Position numbers and translations under genes: made by a program. 64,000 nucleotides of DNA from Synechococcus sp. (GTDB taxonomy: Bacteria; Cyanobacteriota; Cyanobacteriia; Thermostichales; PCC-7336), in the NCBI GenBank assembly GCA_051439605.1, contig JBFRWN010000017.1, positions 96,001-160,000 on the forward strand, given 5' to 3'. Under the pieces are notes generated by a model. It made no database searches and was not told where the DNA came from. It worked only from the letters and a program-made list of their open reading frames with translations. Below, in pieces: positions 22,655 through 33,077 of this stretch (position 1 is its first letter; each line of letters begins with the position of its first letter).

Positions 22655-22954
22655 GGGACTGGCTCAGAAAGAAGTTATTAAGCAAAAGCCACCATCGAAC
22701 TTGGCCTCAAAGAATACCGGATGAGAACAGTCCGATGCAGTCTGAATAGCGAGTCAAGCAGAAGCCAACCCGATGAAACTCAGTGAGCCAATATCAGCCA
22801 CAATCAAATATGCTACGCGAAAACTTCAGGGTCAAAGAAAGGATTGTTAATGGTACAAGGGGTACTCGATCGCTTTAAGAGGTCTGACTGCAAATGCGAG
22901 ACAGCACCGGATTGGGACCGCAGTACAGTTGAAATTTGGGAGAATTCGGGGACA

Positions 22955-23728
22955 TTAGCTGCGATCGCCTGTTCGAAGAGAGCTTTCGGAAAGCGCGTCT
23001 CGTCCCTTAAGCCTTAAGGAAATTGCCCGGCCCAGGAAAATCGGATTACCAAGAAGATAGCGTTGGCACAATCGCTGGGGTTCTTGAATGAGTCGATGCA
23101 GCCACTCAAGTCCCAGCTTTCTAAGAATAAACGGTGCACGCGGAACATCACCCGAACTAATATCAAATAGAGCTCCGACTCCAATTTGGACAGGGATGTC
23201 GATCTCCTCAAAATTTCTGGATATCCACAATTCTTGTTCCGGTACCCCTTTTGCCAGTAACAAGATCGATGCTCCGCTATTATTTAGCTTTTTTATTACG
23301 CCTTGTTCCTCATTCGCCTTGAAGTATCCGTGATGAATCGGTAGTATTTCTAGGCCGTGGAATCGCTTCGCCATCACAGTTGAGCAGCGTTCTGCAACTC
23401 CAGGCTTGGCACCGAGTAGAGCAATTTTTATATTCATTCGAACCGCCGCTTCGCAAAGCAGCGGAAACAAATCAGTTCCGTTGACGTTATCGCTGAGGGG
23501 TTCTCCGGCTAGTTGGGCTGCAAACTTCATGCCAATACCATCTGCACAGATATAATTGGCCCCCTGGAGTGCATCGAGGTATTTCTGGTTTCGGGCAGCA
23601 ACATTTACGCAATGTGCATTGATAAAAAAAACTTTTCGCTTGGTACCGCTTTGCGCATCATGAATCAATCTGCGTGCTACTTCTTGAAGTGTTGTATCCA
23701 GTATGGGCAACCCAAAAAGCTTGGTCAT
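22955..23728 (-). CDS. WecB/TagA/CpsF glycosyltransferase (GT26)
   Basis: NAHC, ADGIG, NVNGTDL, GVPEQE, GVGALFD, RAP, LEWLHRL..EP.RL. Confidence 0.9.
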   Translation of the reverse strand: MTKLFGLPILDTTLQEVARRLIHDAQSGTKRKVFFINAHCVNVAARNQKYLDALQGANYICADGIGMKFAAQLAGEPLSDNVNGTDLFPLLCEAAVRMNIKIALLGAKPGVAERCSTVMAKRFHGLEILPIHHGYFKANEEQGVIKKLNNSGASILLLAKGVPEQELWISRNFEEIDIPVQIGVGALFDISSGDVPRAPFILRKLGLEWLHRLIQEPQRLCQRYLLGNPIFLGRAISLRLKGRDALSESSLRTGDRS

Positions 23729-24070
23729 AAGCCGGTCGTGTATTCTACACGGAGAGTTAACCTTATACAGATATACTTAAAATATGTACATGCTTTTTGT
23801 CAAATCACCCAAATTATGTTGAAACAATCTTGAGGTGATCGCTGTTGAGTGTCAGCTCATCTCGATCCCGACTAAGAAAAACCACGGCTCTACACCTCAA
23901 TAAAATCTTTACCTGGGGAAAGTTTAATCAGTTCTTCAGGTAAGCAATTCTTATAAGAGAGGAGGAGTTTGTTCTGAGTGCTAGGATAGCTTGAACACCG
24001 TAGGACAAGGATTATCGTTACGCCGTCCCAGTCTGGCTAGCGAATATATCTTCTGAAAGAGGGATTTGCC

Positions 24071-25705
24071 GTGAACGCCCCAACCATCACCCCAACCAAT
24101 CCAGATGTTCAAAGTGAAGACGTTGCTGTAGACCCCCCTGAAATTGATCGCCAAACGATCGCAATTTTGGACTTCGGTTCACAATATTCTGAATTGATCG
24201 CACGCCGTATCCGCGAAACTAAAGTGTATTCCGAGGTGTTGTCCTACAGCACTTCCGCCGAGCAACTGGCCAAGCTGAAACCACGCGGCATTATTTTGTC
24301 CGGTGGCCCTAATTCTGTTTACGATCCATACCCCCCTCTGTGCGATCCGGGCATTTGGGATTTGGGTATTCCCATTTTGGGGGTTTGCTACGGCATGCAG
24401 CTGATGGTGCAGTCATTGGGCGGTCAGGTGGAACCGGCAGCTAAGCCAGAGTACGGCCGTGCAAAACTATCCATCATTGACCCAACCGACTTGCTAACAA
24501 ACGTTTCGGACGGCGGCATCATGTGGATGAGCCATGGGGACTCCGTCACCCGCCTTCCAGATGGATTTGGTGTACTGGCTAAAACCCAAAATACCTCCCA
24601 CGCAGCGATCGCCGACTGCGATCGTCATCTCTACGGCGTACAGTTCCACCCCGAAGTCGTTCACTCCGAAGATGGACAAGCATTAATCTGCAATTTCGTC
24701 TATCACATTTGTAAATGCGAGCCCACTTGGACGGTGGAAGCATTTGTAGATGAAGCGGTGCGGGAAGTGCGTGCCAAAGTGGGCGACAAACGAGTTTTGC
24801 TGGCCCTCTCCGGTGGTGTCGATAGTTCCACCTTGGCGTTTTTGTTACATAAGGCAATTGGCGATAACTTGACCTGCTTGTTTGTCGACCAGGGCTTTAT
24901 GCGCAAAGGTGAGCCAGAAAGACTGGTGGAGTTGTTCGAAAATAAATTCCACATTCCGGTCGAATTTGTGAAAGCCCGCAAACAGTTTATTTCACAACTG
25001 GAAGGGGTTACCGATCCCGAGCGCAAGCGCAAAATCATCGGGGCTGAATTCATCAAAACCTTCGAGGTGGAATCAACGCGCTTGGGGCCATTTGATTACC
25101 TCGCCCAAGGAACCCTCTACCCCGATGTGATTGAATCCGCCAATACCAATATCGATCCCAAAACTGGCGAGCGGGTTGCTGTCAAAATTAAGAGTCACCA
25201 CAACGTCGGCGGACTCCCCGAAAAGCTTCGCTTTAAGCTAGTGGAGCCCCTCCGCAAGTTATTCAAGGATGAAGTCCGGCAGGTGGGGCGTTCACTGGGC
25301 TTGCCAGAAGAAATCGTCATGCGCCATCCCTTCCCCGGACCCGGTTTGGCAATTAGAATTATCGGAGAGGTTACCCGAGAAAGGTTGAATACCCTCCGAG
25401 ACGTTGACCTCATTGTGCGCGAAGAAATCAATCGCGCGGGGTTGTACTTTGATGTTTGGCAAGCTTTTGCCGTGCTGCTGCCCACGGTACGCTCTGTTGG
25501 CGTGATGGGAGACAAGCGCACCTATGCCTCCCCTGCTGTCATTCGAGTGGTCAGCAGTGAAGATGGCATGACCGCTGATTGGTCTAAGTTGCCTTACGAA
25601 GTCTTGGAAACCATGTCCAACCGAATTGTAAATGAAGTGGTAGGGGTGAACCGCGTCACCTACGACATCACATCCAAGCCTCCTGGAACCATTGAGTGGG
25701 AATAA
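24071..25705 (+). CDS. guaA: GMP synthase (glutamine-hydrolysing)
   Basis: [39 protein letters not shown]. Confidence 0.98.
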   Translation: MNAPTITPTNPDVQSEDVAVDPPEIDRQTIAILDFGSQYSELIARRIRETKVYSEVLSYSTSAEQLAKLKPRGIILSGGPNSVYDPYPPLCDPGIWDLGIPILGVCYGMQLMVQSLGGQVEPAAKPEYGRAKLSIIDPTDLLTNVSDGGIMWMSHGDSVTRLPDGFGVLAKTQNTSHAAIADCDRHLYGVQFHPEVVHSEDGQALICNFVYHICKCEPTWTVEAFVDEAVREVRAKVGDKRVLLALSGGVDSSTLAFLLHKAIGDNLTCLFVDQGFMRKGEPERLVELFENKFHIPVEFVKARKQFISQLEGVTDPERKRKIIGAEFIKTFEVESTRLGPFDYLAQGTLYPDVIESANTNIDPKTGERVAVKIKSHHNVGGLPEKLRFKLVEPLRKLFKDEVRQVGRSLGLPEEIVMRHPFPGPGLAIRIIGEVTRERLNTLRDVDLIVREEINRAGLYFDVWQAFAVLLPTVRSVGVMGDKRTYASPAVIRVVSSEDGMTADWSKLPYEVLETMSNRIVNEVVGVNRVTYDITSKPPGTIEWE

Positions 25706-25733
25706 TGTCTCGAATCGCTGATTCCTAATTGAA

Positions 25734-25764
25734 AGAGACCTGCAGTCTTCATCTGCGGGTCTCT
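25734..25764. terminator. Hairpin between convergent guaA and glgC
   Basis: AGAGACCTGCAG-TCTTCAT-CTGCGGGTCTCT. Confidence 0.55.
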
Positions 25765-25945
25765 CAGATTTCTCATCCAACAATCAGCGAACTCTCGCAA
25801 TGCTATTGCGACCGTCAAGTCGCTTAGGACATTCTAGCTATCCAAATCAGTGACTGGGCGTAGAGACTTACGTCCTCACTAACATAATCAAAGACTATAG
25901 TTACTGTTGTCAAAGCTCTGCTGGATACAATCGCTAGCGAATCAA

Positions 25946-27238
25946 CTAAACAACCGTTCCATCAGGAATCGTCGAACCGCGCACCACAAGCACAATGCCG
26001 TCGCGAATGTAGAATCCCTCATCTTCGCGCTGGGCTTCCTGGACACGATCCTTGTTAAGGATGCGAACTCCATTTCCAATGCGAGAATTCTTATCAATGA
26101 TGGCGTTGCGAATATGACAGTCTTTGCCAATTCCCAGGGGGGGAATCCCAGAATTAACGCTTGCTTGGCGATCCTCTGAGGACTCGTACTCATCTGCTCC
26201 CATCACCAGCGTATTCTCGATAATAGTGTTGCTTTCAATACGAGAGCGAACCCCAAGAATCGAGCCAGAAACCTGAACTCCATCCTTGACGATGCAACCG
26301 TCACAAACAATGGATTCTCGGATGTTAGCACCCAAGATTTTGTTGGGAGGCAGGAAACGAGGACGGGTAAAAATGGGTGCGTTGGAGTCGTAAAAGCTAA
26401 AGGGTGGCCTAGGCTGTTGCGTCAGGCTTAGGTTTGCCTTGTAAAATGCTTCAACCGTTCCAATATCTTCCCAATAGCCCTTGAACAGGTAAGCTTGAAC
26501 CTTGAAATCCTTCATGGCGGAAGGAATCACTTCTTTGCCGAAATCAGTATGCTCTGGGGCCCGCTTCAGCATTTCTTTCAAAGCTTCTCGCCGGAAAACA
26601 TAGATACCCATGGATGCAATGTAGGGCATAGTTTTTGCCTTCTCGGCATCCAAGCCCATAGACTGGGTGTCTACCTGCATTGACCGCAGTTCTTCTCCTT
26701 CGGGTTTCTCCTTGAAGTCAATAACACGACCCCCAGCATCGATTTTCATCAAACCGAAGGCAGAGGCTTGAGCTTCAGCAACAGGAACCACTGATAATGT
26801 CACGTCTGCATTAGTGGCGCGGTGATGTTCGATGAATTTGGAATAGTCCATTCGATAGAGATGATCGCCGGACAGGATCAAGTATTCAGAACATTTCCAG
26901 GATTCCATCAGCCACAGATACTGACGCACTGCATCAGCAGTGCCCTGAAACCAGTCGGGGTTTTCGGCAGTTTGTTCTGCCGCAAGAACATCGACAAAGC
27001 CTTCCGAAAATGGAGAGAATCGATAGGTATTAACTAAGTGTCTATTTAGTGAAGCAGAATTAAACTGGGTCAGAACGTACATCTTCTGAATTTGAGAGTT
27101 GATGCAGTTGCTGACCGGAATGTCGATCAACCGATATTTACCGGCTAAAGGCACGGCTGGCTTAGCTCGACGTTTCGTTAACGGGTACAGACGCGTTCCT
27201 CTGCCTCCCCCCAGAATGATCGCGAGTACGTTGCGCAT
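25946..27238 (-). CDS. glgC: Glucose-1-phosphate adenylyltransferase
   Basis: [42 protein letters not shown]. Confidence 0.97.
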   Translation of the reverse strand: MRNVLAIILGGGRGTRLYPLTKRRAKPAVPLAGKYRLIDIPVSNCINSQIQKMYVLTQFNSASLNRHLVNTYRFSPFSEGFVDVLAAEQTAENPDWFQGTADAVRQYLWLMESWKCSEYLILSGDHLYRMDYSKFIEHHRATNADVTLSVVPVAEAQASAFGLMKIDAGGRVIDFKEKPEGEELRSMQVDTQSMGLDAEKAKTMPYIASMGIYVFRREALKEMLKRAPEHTDFGKEVIPSAMKDFKVQAYLFKGYWEDIGTVEAFYKANLSLTQQPRPPFSFYDSNAPIFTRPRFLPPNKILGANIRESIVCDGCIVKDGVQVSGSILGVRSRIESNTIIENTLVMGADEYESSEDRQASVNSGIPPLGIGKDCHIRNAIIDKNSRIGNGVRILNKDRVQEAQREDEGFYIRDGIVLVVRGSTIPDGTVV

Positions 27239-27613
27239 GATATAGACTCCCTCCAGCGTATTGATGCTTGGCATCCGCCCCTAGCATAAATCCTACTGGG
27301 AGCACTTTTGGACGTTTAAATCACATTCGCAGGTAAGTCAGAGAGCGATCGCCTCGTTCTGTCTTGAATGCAAAATTAAGCGATCCCCGCGAGAGTGCAC
27401 ATCTTCTATTGCAGCCCAGTCGCTGACAAAGTGGCACAAAGTAGGGCTACACCTCCCTTCGAATGTCCACCATCCCTCATGCGACACCAGCAGAGACAAA
27501 ATCACTTGGAGAGACTGTTCCGGAAAGATCTCTAGTAGGCAAGGTGCTGCTGGCTGCCTCAGTTCCTGTTAGGCTCGCTGAGGGTATCACAACTTGGAGA
27601 TCGAAGGGGCAAT

Positions 27614-27913
27614 ATGATTTTAGAAGTAGCAGCAATCCAGGTTCAGTCGGGTCAAGAACGCGAGTTTGAAACCGCGATTTCCACTGCCTACCGTCTGTTA
27701 GAGAAAACAGAGGGATACCGTTCCCATCATTTGCGGCGCTGCGTAGAGGACGGTACTCGCTATCTGCTGACCATCGACTGGGAAACCTTGGAAGCTCACA
27801 CTGTCAATTTTCGTCAGTCAGAGAATTTCACAACTTGGCGATCGATTATTGGGCCATTTTTCGCTGCCCCCCCCTACGTAATGCATTACGAATTAGTGCA
27901 CAGCAGCGTTTAA
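27614..27913 (+). CDS. Antibiotic biosynthesis monooxygenase (ABM) family protein
   Basis: MILEVA...EFE...W.TLEAHTVNFR.S pattern. Confidence 0.85.
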   Translation: MILEVAAIQVQSGQEREFETAISTAYRLLEKTEGYRSHHLRRCVEDGTRYLLTIDWETLEAHTVNFRQSENFTTWRSIIGPFFAAPPYVMHYELVHSSV

Positions 27914-27983
27914 TAAGTCTTACCCTGAGCCGAGCATTTCTGCGATCGACTTACACTGAGATGGATAGCTATCTACACATGCG

Positions 27984-28412
27984 ATGAATGCCTCTCAATC
28001 CTCAACTGCCAAACCAAAAACGAATGCCGACCCACAGGGGGGCACTACTCTAACCCCCGATTTTCGTTTGCCGGCGATCGTTGCTTTACTAGCTGCCCCT
28101 TTATTCTTTATGTCGCTATGGGTTTGTGGGGCGATCGAGCTATTCGCGATTTTCTTAGTGGTGCAAACCGCCACGTTACGGCTAACGTTTGCGGACACCA
28201 GTCTCAAAGTCTTTCGGGGAGACACCGAGATTCGCGACTTTCCCTATTCTGAATGGATAAACTGGGAGATTTTTTGGTCTCCTGCCGCCATCTTGTTTTA
28301 CTTCAAAGAGGTAAACAGCATTCACTTTGTACCGGTGATTTTCGATGTCAATGAGCTTCGCCATGCATTGCAAATCCACGCTCCCAAGGGGTCTACTGTG
28401 CAATCCAGCTAG
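27984..28412 (+). CDS. DUF3119 family protein
   Basis: Two TM segments, QTATLRL.F, FPYSEW.NW, YFKEVNSIHF. Confidence 0.88.
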   Translation: MNASQSSTAKPKTNADPQGGTTLTPDFRLPAIVALLAAPLFFMSLWVCGAIELFAIFLVVQTATLRLTFADTSLKVFRGDTEIRDFPYSEWINWEIFWSPAAILFYFKEVNSIHFVPVIFDVNELRHALQIHAPKGSTVQSS

Positions 28413-28564
28413 CTTTCTGACTCACCTGTATCCCAGATGTATATATCTGTTGCCATTTCAGTTGGGCCAGCAAGACGTTGAACGGTTGGGGCTCCGGATA
28501 GCTGAGATATCCTCAATGACTTGACGATCGCTGTAAAATCCCTTCAAAAAAGAGGACAAGCACG

Positions 28565-28852
28565 ATGTCCAACGAACATTTTATACTCTACAGCAAGCCA
28601 GGATGCCATCTGTGCGAAGGATTGGAAGAAAAGCTAAGGCAAATCGCAGAGGTCTCTGACACCTTAGAAGTTAGGGACATCACCACAAATGATGCCTGGT
28701 TAGGACGATATAGCTTAGAAATTCCGGTTTTGTGTTGGAGCCAAGCGGGTCAAGAGACAGAGCTGCCGCGCTTTTCTCCCCGTGCTACAGTTGCGCACAT
28801 CAGAGCTAAGGTGTGTGGTTATGTCAAAGCTTCTGACGGATCTGCTCGGTAA
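28565..28852 (+). CDS. Glutaredoxin-like protein (DUF836)
   Basis: LYSKPGCHLC, EIPVL; overlaps the murE start. Confidence 0.88.
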   Translation: MSNEHFILYSKPGCHLCEGLEEKLRQIAEVSDTLEVRDITTNDAWLGRYSLEIPVLCWSQAGQETELPRFSPRATVAHIRAKVCGYVKASDGSAR

Positions 28853-30422
28853 TTTGCCAGCAGCTTCGCATCAACTGGGACGAATTATGGACGTCGAGGT
28901 GACGGGAATCGCGACAGATTCTCGCACAGTCCAACAGGGGCATATCTTCATTGGCATGCCAGGAACCCAAACAGATGGAGGACGTTTTTGGCAACAGGCA
29001 GCAACCCAAGGTGCTGCAATCGGATTGATCTCAGAGACGGTTTTTCAAGAACTGCAGACTGATGGAGAGTCTGAAGCGGTCCCAAAGACTGAAAAACAAC
29101 GGCCTGCAGAGTTTGACATGCCCATTCTCAGTTGGCCCGCCGAACTGATGCCAGAAATCTGTGGGCGAGCGGCCAATTGGATATGCGACAACCCAGTTAA
29201 CCAGCTTTCTTTGGTGGGGATAACAGGTACCAACGGGAAAACCACTGTCACCCACATTATCGAGCATCTACTGACGGCCAGCTGTCAAGATACAGCACTG
29301 ATCGGCACACTGTACGAACGCTGGCCCGGTCACAACATAGAAGCAGCCCACACCACCCCCTTTGCACCAGATTTGCAGCGATCGCTGGCCTCTGCTGCTG
29401 CTGCAGGTTGTCAGACCGCTGTGATGGAGGTAAGTTCCCACAGCCTCGACCAACAGCGAGTGTGGGGGTGCAGCTTTGATGCGACCGTTTGGACAAACTT
29501 GACCCAAGATCATTTGGATTACCACCAAACAATGGAGGATTACTGGACGGCAAAGGCCCGTTTGTTTAGGGCGCCCCATTTCACTGCCTCCAGCAGAGGG
29601 ATCCTCAATATGGATGATGAGTGGGTTCGTCGGCTCTGGGACAGCTGGCCCCAAGATTTTCTGCCACCCTGGGGATTTACCTTAAATACACCTGCCGATA
29701 CTCGCTCGGATATCCCAAACGATCGCCTTTTATGGGCATCTGAAGTAACAATGAATGCCACTCAGACCCGGGCATTATTGCATACTCCTGCGGGAGAATT
29801 TGCGATCGTGGCTCCATTAGTGGGGCAGTTTAATCTGGCCAATTTATTAGCTGCGGTCGGTGTTGCGCTGCATCTCGGGGTCAAGCCGGACGTCATTCAA
29901 GCGGCCTTACCCTCTTTCCCAGGGGTTCCTGGGAGAGTCGCACCCGTGCAAATTCCCGGTCAAGACATCGCAGTTACAATTGACTACGCCCATACCCCAG
30001 ACGGTTTAGAGAATCTTCTGGAGGCCATTCGGCCATCCGTGCAAAACTCGCTGGTATGCGTGTTTGGCTGTGGGGGAGATCGAGATCGGCGCAAGCGTCC
30101 CCTGATGGGAGAGATTGCCGCTCGTCTCGCGGATGCGGTTGTGGTCACCTCCGATAATCCCCGCACTGAAGACCCCCAGCAAATTTTGCAGGATATTTTG
30201 CAGGGAATCGACGATCGCCATCCCCAACTCACCGTTGAGGAAGATCGCAAAGCCGCCATCTTTGAAGCAATTTTGTCCGCCCAGCCTGGGGATACGGTGG
30301 CGATCGCAGGTAAGGGGCACGAAACGTATCAGATCCTGGGTAGGTTAAAAGTGCATTTCGACGACCGAGAGGTGGCAGAAGCCGCTCTACAACAACGTTT
30401 GAGCCAGCCTATGCCCCAATAA
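28821..30422 (+). CDS. murE: UDP-MurNAc-tripeptide (meso-DAP) ligase
   Basis: GTNGKTT, MEVSSH, DHLDYH, DYAHTPD, FGCGGDRD, DNPR, AGKGHE. Confidence 0.96.
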   Translation: MSKLLTDLLGNLPAASHQLGRIMDVEVTGIATDSRTVQQGHIFIGMPGTQTDGGRFWQQAATQGAAIGLISETVFQELQTDGESEAVPKTEKQRPAEFDMPILSWPAELMPEICGRAANWICDNPVNQLSLVGITGTNGKTTVTHIIEHLLTASCQDTALIGTLYERWPGHNIEAAHTTPFAPDLQRSLASAAAAGCQTAVMEVSSHSLDQQRVWGCSFDATVWTNLTQDHLDYHQTMEDYWTAKARLFRAPHFTASSRGILNMDDEWVRRLWDSWPQDFLPPWGFTLNTPADTRSDIPNDRLLWASEVTMNATQTRALLHTPAGEFAIVAPLVGQFNLANLLAAVGVALHLGVKPDVIQAALPSFPGVPGRVAPVQIPGQDIAVTIDYAHTPDGLENLLEAIRPSVQNSLVCVFGCGGDRDRRKRPLMGEIAARLADAVVVTSDNPRTEDPQQILQDILQGIDDRHPQLTVEEDRKAAIFEAILSAQPGDTVAIAGKGHETYQILGRLKVHFDDREVAEAALQQRLSQPMPQ

Positions 30423-30499
30423 CTCTCTTTGACGGGCATTCCCGACCTCCGTCGAGATTCATTATTCACTTAATCATCACTCAAGTTGGGGGTGTTCGC

Positions 30500-31882
30500 G
30501 TGGTTGTTTCCCTCAGCACCACATCCGTTTTTGAAACTATTCAGAATCGCCTGGGCGATCGCTTCAAGCCATTTTTGGCTCGACCGGAGACGTTGCGTGC
30601 AGCCAGCAGAGCGCTCACAGATTGGGTCGCCCAAACCCACACCGATGCGATCGTCCTGATTCGTTTACCCGACAGCAGTGTCTGGTCTGAGGAGGCTCCC
30701 TATTACGAGTCCCTATCCCGCAGCACCCGGGCAGTCTACATTTTGTCTCCGGAATCCCTGTTTACCGCAGCCAGCACTCTATTTTGTTGTAAGGTCCCTA
30801 ACAACAAGCACCAGCAAGAAGAGGTCTTGGCTCTACTCACCCCCGACATGTCTTGCATTTTGGTAGGGCAACAGCTGAACGATACCCACAGTGCAAATTC
30901 CTCGAGCCATTGCGTAACCTATTTTTCCTACGGTGCGGAGGCCCTCGATCCGGCCCTCACCATTCTGCAACAACTCGCATCAACCGCTCGCCCTCAACTG
31001 CAGAAGAACCTCCGGAAAGGAATCGAAGAACTGGCCCCCCGTTCGCCTAGTCCAGACGCAGCTGCAGCGTTAATTCCACAATTAATTCAACTGCTCGATT
31101 CGGCGATCCAGCAAAAGCAGGGTTTACAACGGCAGGCCCAAAACATAGAAGAACTCCAGCAGAACAATGCTGAGCTTAAACAAGCTCTAGAGTTTAAAGA
31201 TGGTTTTATGAAAACAGTGAGTCAGCAACTCTGCAATCCACTCACGAACATCAAAACCGCCATTCAGCTCCTCCGCTCCCCTCGTATCAAAGAGGGGCAA
31301 AAGGCTCGCTATTGGAATGTCTTACAGTCAGAGTGCGACCACCAGGCCAGTTTAATTAATAGCTTGATGGAGCTCACCGCTATTGAAGAATCGTCCCCTG
31401 AACTAGATTCGAGTGCGGTTGCACTCTTTGACCTTGTCCCTGGCGTGGTAAGCACTTATCAAGCCGTAGCCCAAGAGAAGGGCATTATGTTGGCCTACAC
31501 CGTACCTTCTGCGCTACCGAAGGTCAATTTCCCTGCCTCTTCTCTCAAAACCATCCTGGTCAAACTGATTGAGAATGGCATTCAATGCACGCTAGATGGT
31601 GGCAAGATTTGGGTCATTGCCACCGCAAATGGCCAATATATTCAAGTTGAAGTTCGAGATACAGGTATCGGCATTCCCCCCGATTCAATTCCTAAACTGT
31701 TCGATCGCTTTTACCGCGTTCCGCGAGCAAAAATGCACAGCAGCGGGGTGGGTCTAGGACTAACGGTAGTACAAACATTGCTATTACAGGCAGGGGGGGC
31801 GATTTCCGTTCGCAGCCAGATGGGTTTGGGAACGACTTTCACCCTGATGTTGCCGCAGGCTGATGCCTCCGTGTCTTCATGA
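30500..31882 (+). CDS. Histidine-kinase-like ATPase with DICT-like N-terminus, H-box His absent
   Basis: H-box region VSQQLCNPLTNIKTA; N box, DTGIGI, FDRFYR and GVGLGL present. Confidence 0.8.
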   Translation: MVVSLSTTSVFETIQNRLGDRFKPFLARPETLRAASRALTDWVAQTHTDAIVLIRLPDSSVWSEEAPYYESLSRSTRAVYILSPESLFTAASTLFCCKVPNNKHQQEEVLALLTPDMSCILVGQQLNDTHSANSSSHCVTYFSYGAEALDPALTILQQLASTARPQLQKNLRKGIEELAPRSPSPDAAAALIPQLIQLLDSAIQQKQGLQRQAQNIEELQQNNAELKQALEFKDGFMKTVSQQLCNPLTNIKTAIQLLRSPRIKEGQKARYWNVLQSECDHQASLINSLMELTAIEESSPELDSSAVALFDLVPGVVSTYQAVAQEKGIMLAYTVPSALPKVNFPASSLKTILVKLIENGIQCTLDGGKIWVIATANGQYIQVEVRDTGIGIPPDSIPKLFDRFYRVPRAKMHSSGVGLGLTVVQTLLLQAGGAISVRSQMGLGTTFTLMLPQADASVSS

Positions 31883-31994
31883 CGGGGTAGATAGCTGAAT
31901 CCTCGCGCCCTTGGGAGGTTCATGTTGCCACTGCTGGGTCAACCCTTCAGCGTCAGCTTGGTAGTAGAGCTGGAGCAACTCACACTAAAGCCAA

Positions 31995-32723
31995 TTAGAC
32001 ATTGAGGCAGTCGGTAATAAATTCTATCGCTTTCTGCTTTACCCATCCCTTCGCTACTGCAGCCTCGGCAAAAGAGAAGCCAGAAGTCTGCTTGTCTTGA
32101 TTGAGCTCCATGACTTGACCTTGTGTTAGCAAGCCAGCTTGTTGTAAATAGTCACAGATCGAGAGGCCCCGTGGTCGCGATCGCATTCGTGGTAGGACTA
32201 TCTGTAAAAATCGAATTGTTTCTGCTTTAATCCAGCCTTTCTCCACCAAAATCATGGTCATTGTTCGCTGATACCGGCAGGTCATTGTCTCCATGCGAGC
32301 AATCTCAAGCTGACAATCAGAAATTAAATCCATGGCCTTCAGCTTCTCTTCTAGAGAGAGTTCGAGCGGATCTTTGTTCTGCGTACCTTCAGAGGGGGTG
32401 ACAGGGGCTGGAACTGGGAGGGTTGACTGAGTGGAGGGATTGGGTTGTTGAACGGATGCCGCTGTTTTTAAGTGAGCGAGTCTTTGTTGGTTTTGCCAGC
32501 GTTGTTGCTGCCGTTCTCGATAGCCAGCATTCCACTTAGCGATGGTTGCAGCAGCTTTTTCAGGGGTGAAGCCATTGACTTTCATCAAAGCTGATTGCGC
32601 TTCATACTGTCTTAGTTTTCTAGGAACACCAACACGTCCTAGGTAATATCGGTGAATCTCTTGTATTTCCCGTTGAATTTGTTGTTGGTTAGGCTGATGT
32701 TTCCGAATTGGGAAGAGTCTCAT
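31995..32723 (-). CDS. Hypothetical protein with tandem degenerate MshEN-like repeats
   Basis: LKAMDLISDCQL...ILVEKGWI and YLQQAGLLTQGQV...AVAKGWV. Confidence 0.65.
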   Translation of the reverse strand: MRLFPIRKHQPNQQQIQREIQEIHRYYLGRVGVPRKLRQYEAQSALMKVNGFTPEKAAATIAKWNAGYRERQQQRWQNQQRLAHLKTAASVQQPNPSTQSTLPVPAPVTPSEGTQNKDPLELSLEEKLKAMDLISDCQLEIARMETMTCRYQRTMTMILVEKGWIKAETIRFLQIVLPRMRSRPRGLSICDYLQQAGLLTQGQVMELNQDKQTSGFSFAEAAVAKGWVKQKAIEFITDCLNV

Positions 32724-33022
32724 GGCATCAACTAGTAAGAGGGAACAAACTAACTTGAGCAATAACAGGCCGAAGCAATGTGTAGAGTCAGGGATGCTAG
32801 TTCCCAGGCTCCTGCAAAGCTATGGAATGAAAGCAGTTCAATCCAGATGGATGGGTGTAAGAACTGGAAAACTCAAAATATTTATCTTATGTAAAGTCAA
32901 ACTACAGCTGCATGAAGTTTGTGTAAAGTATGAAATCTTGGATTGATGTATGGAGATCCGAGAATTTTAAGTGTTTTTACTGATAGGGCTGAGCTGGCTG
33001 TCATCAAAGCATTGCTGCGAAG

Positions 33023-33051
33023 AAAATGTGCCGAGTTAAGAACTCGGCACA
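33023..33051 (-). terminator. Intrinsic terminator of serA
   Basis: TGTGCCGAGTT-AAG-AACTCGGCACA with a U-tract on the minus strand. Confidence 0.75.
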
Positions 33052-33077
33052 CATACATATTGTTGTATTAAAAAGGA

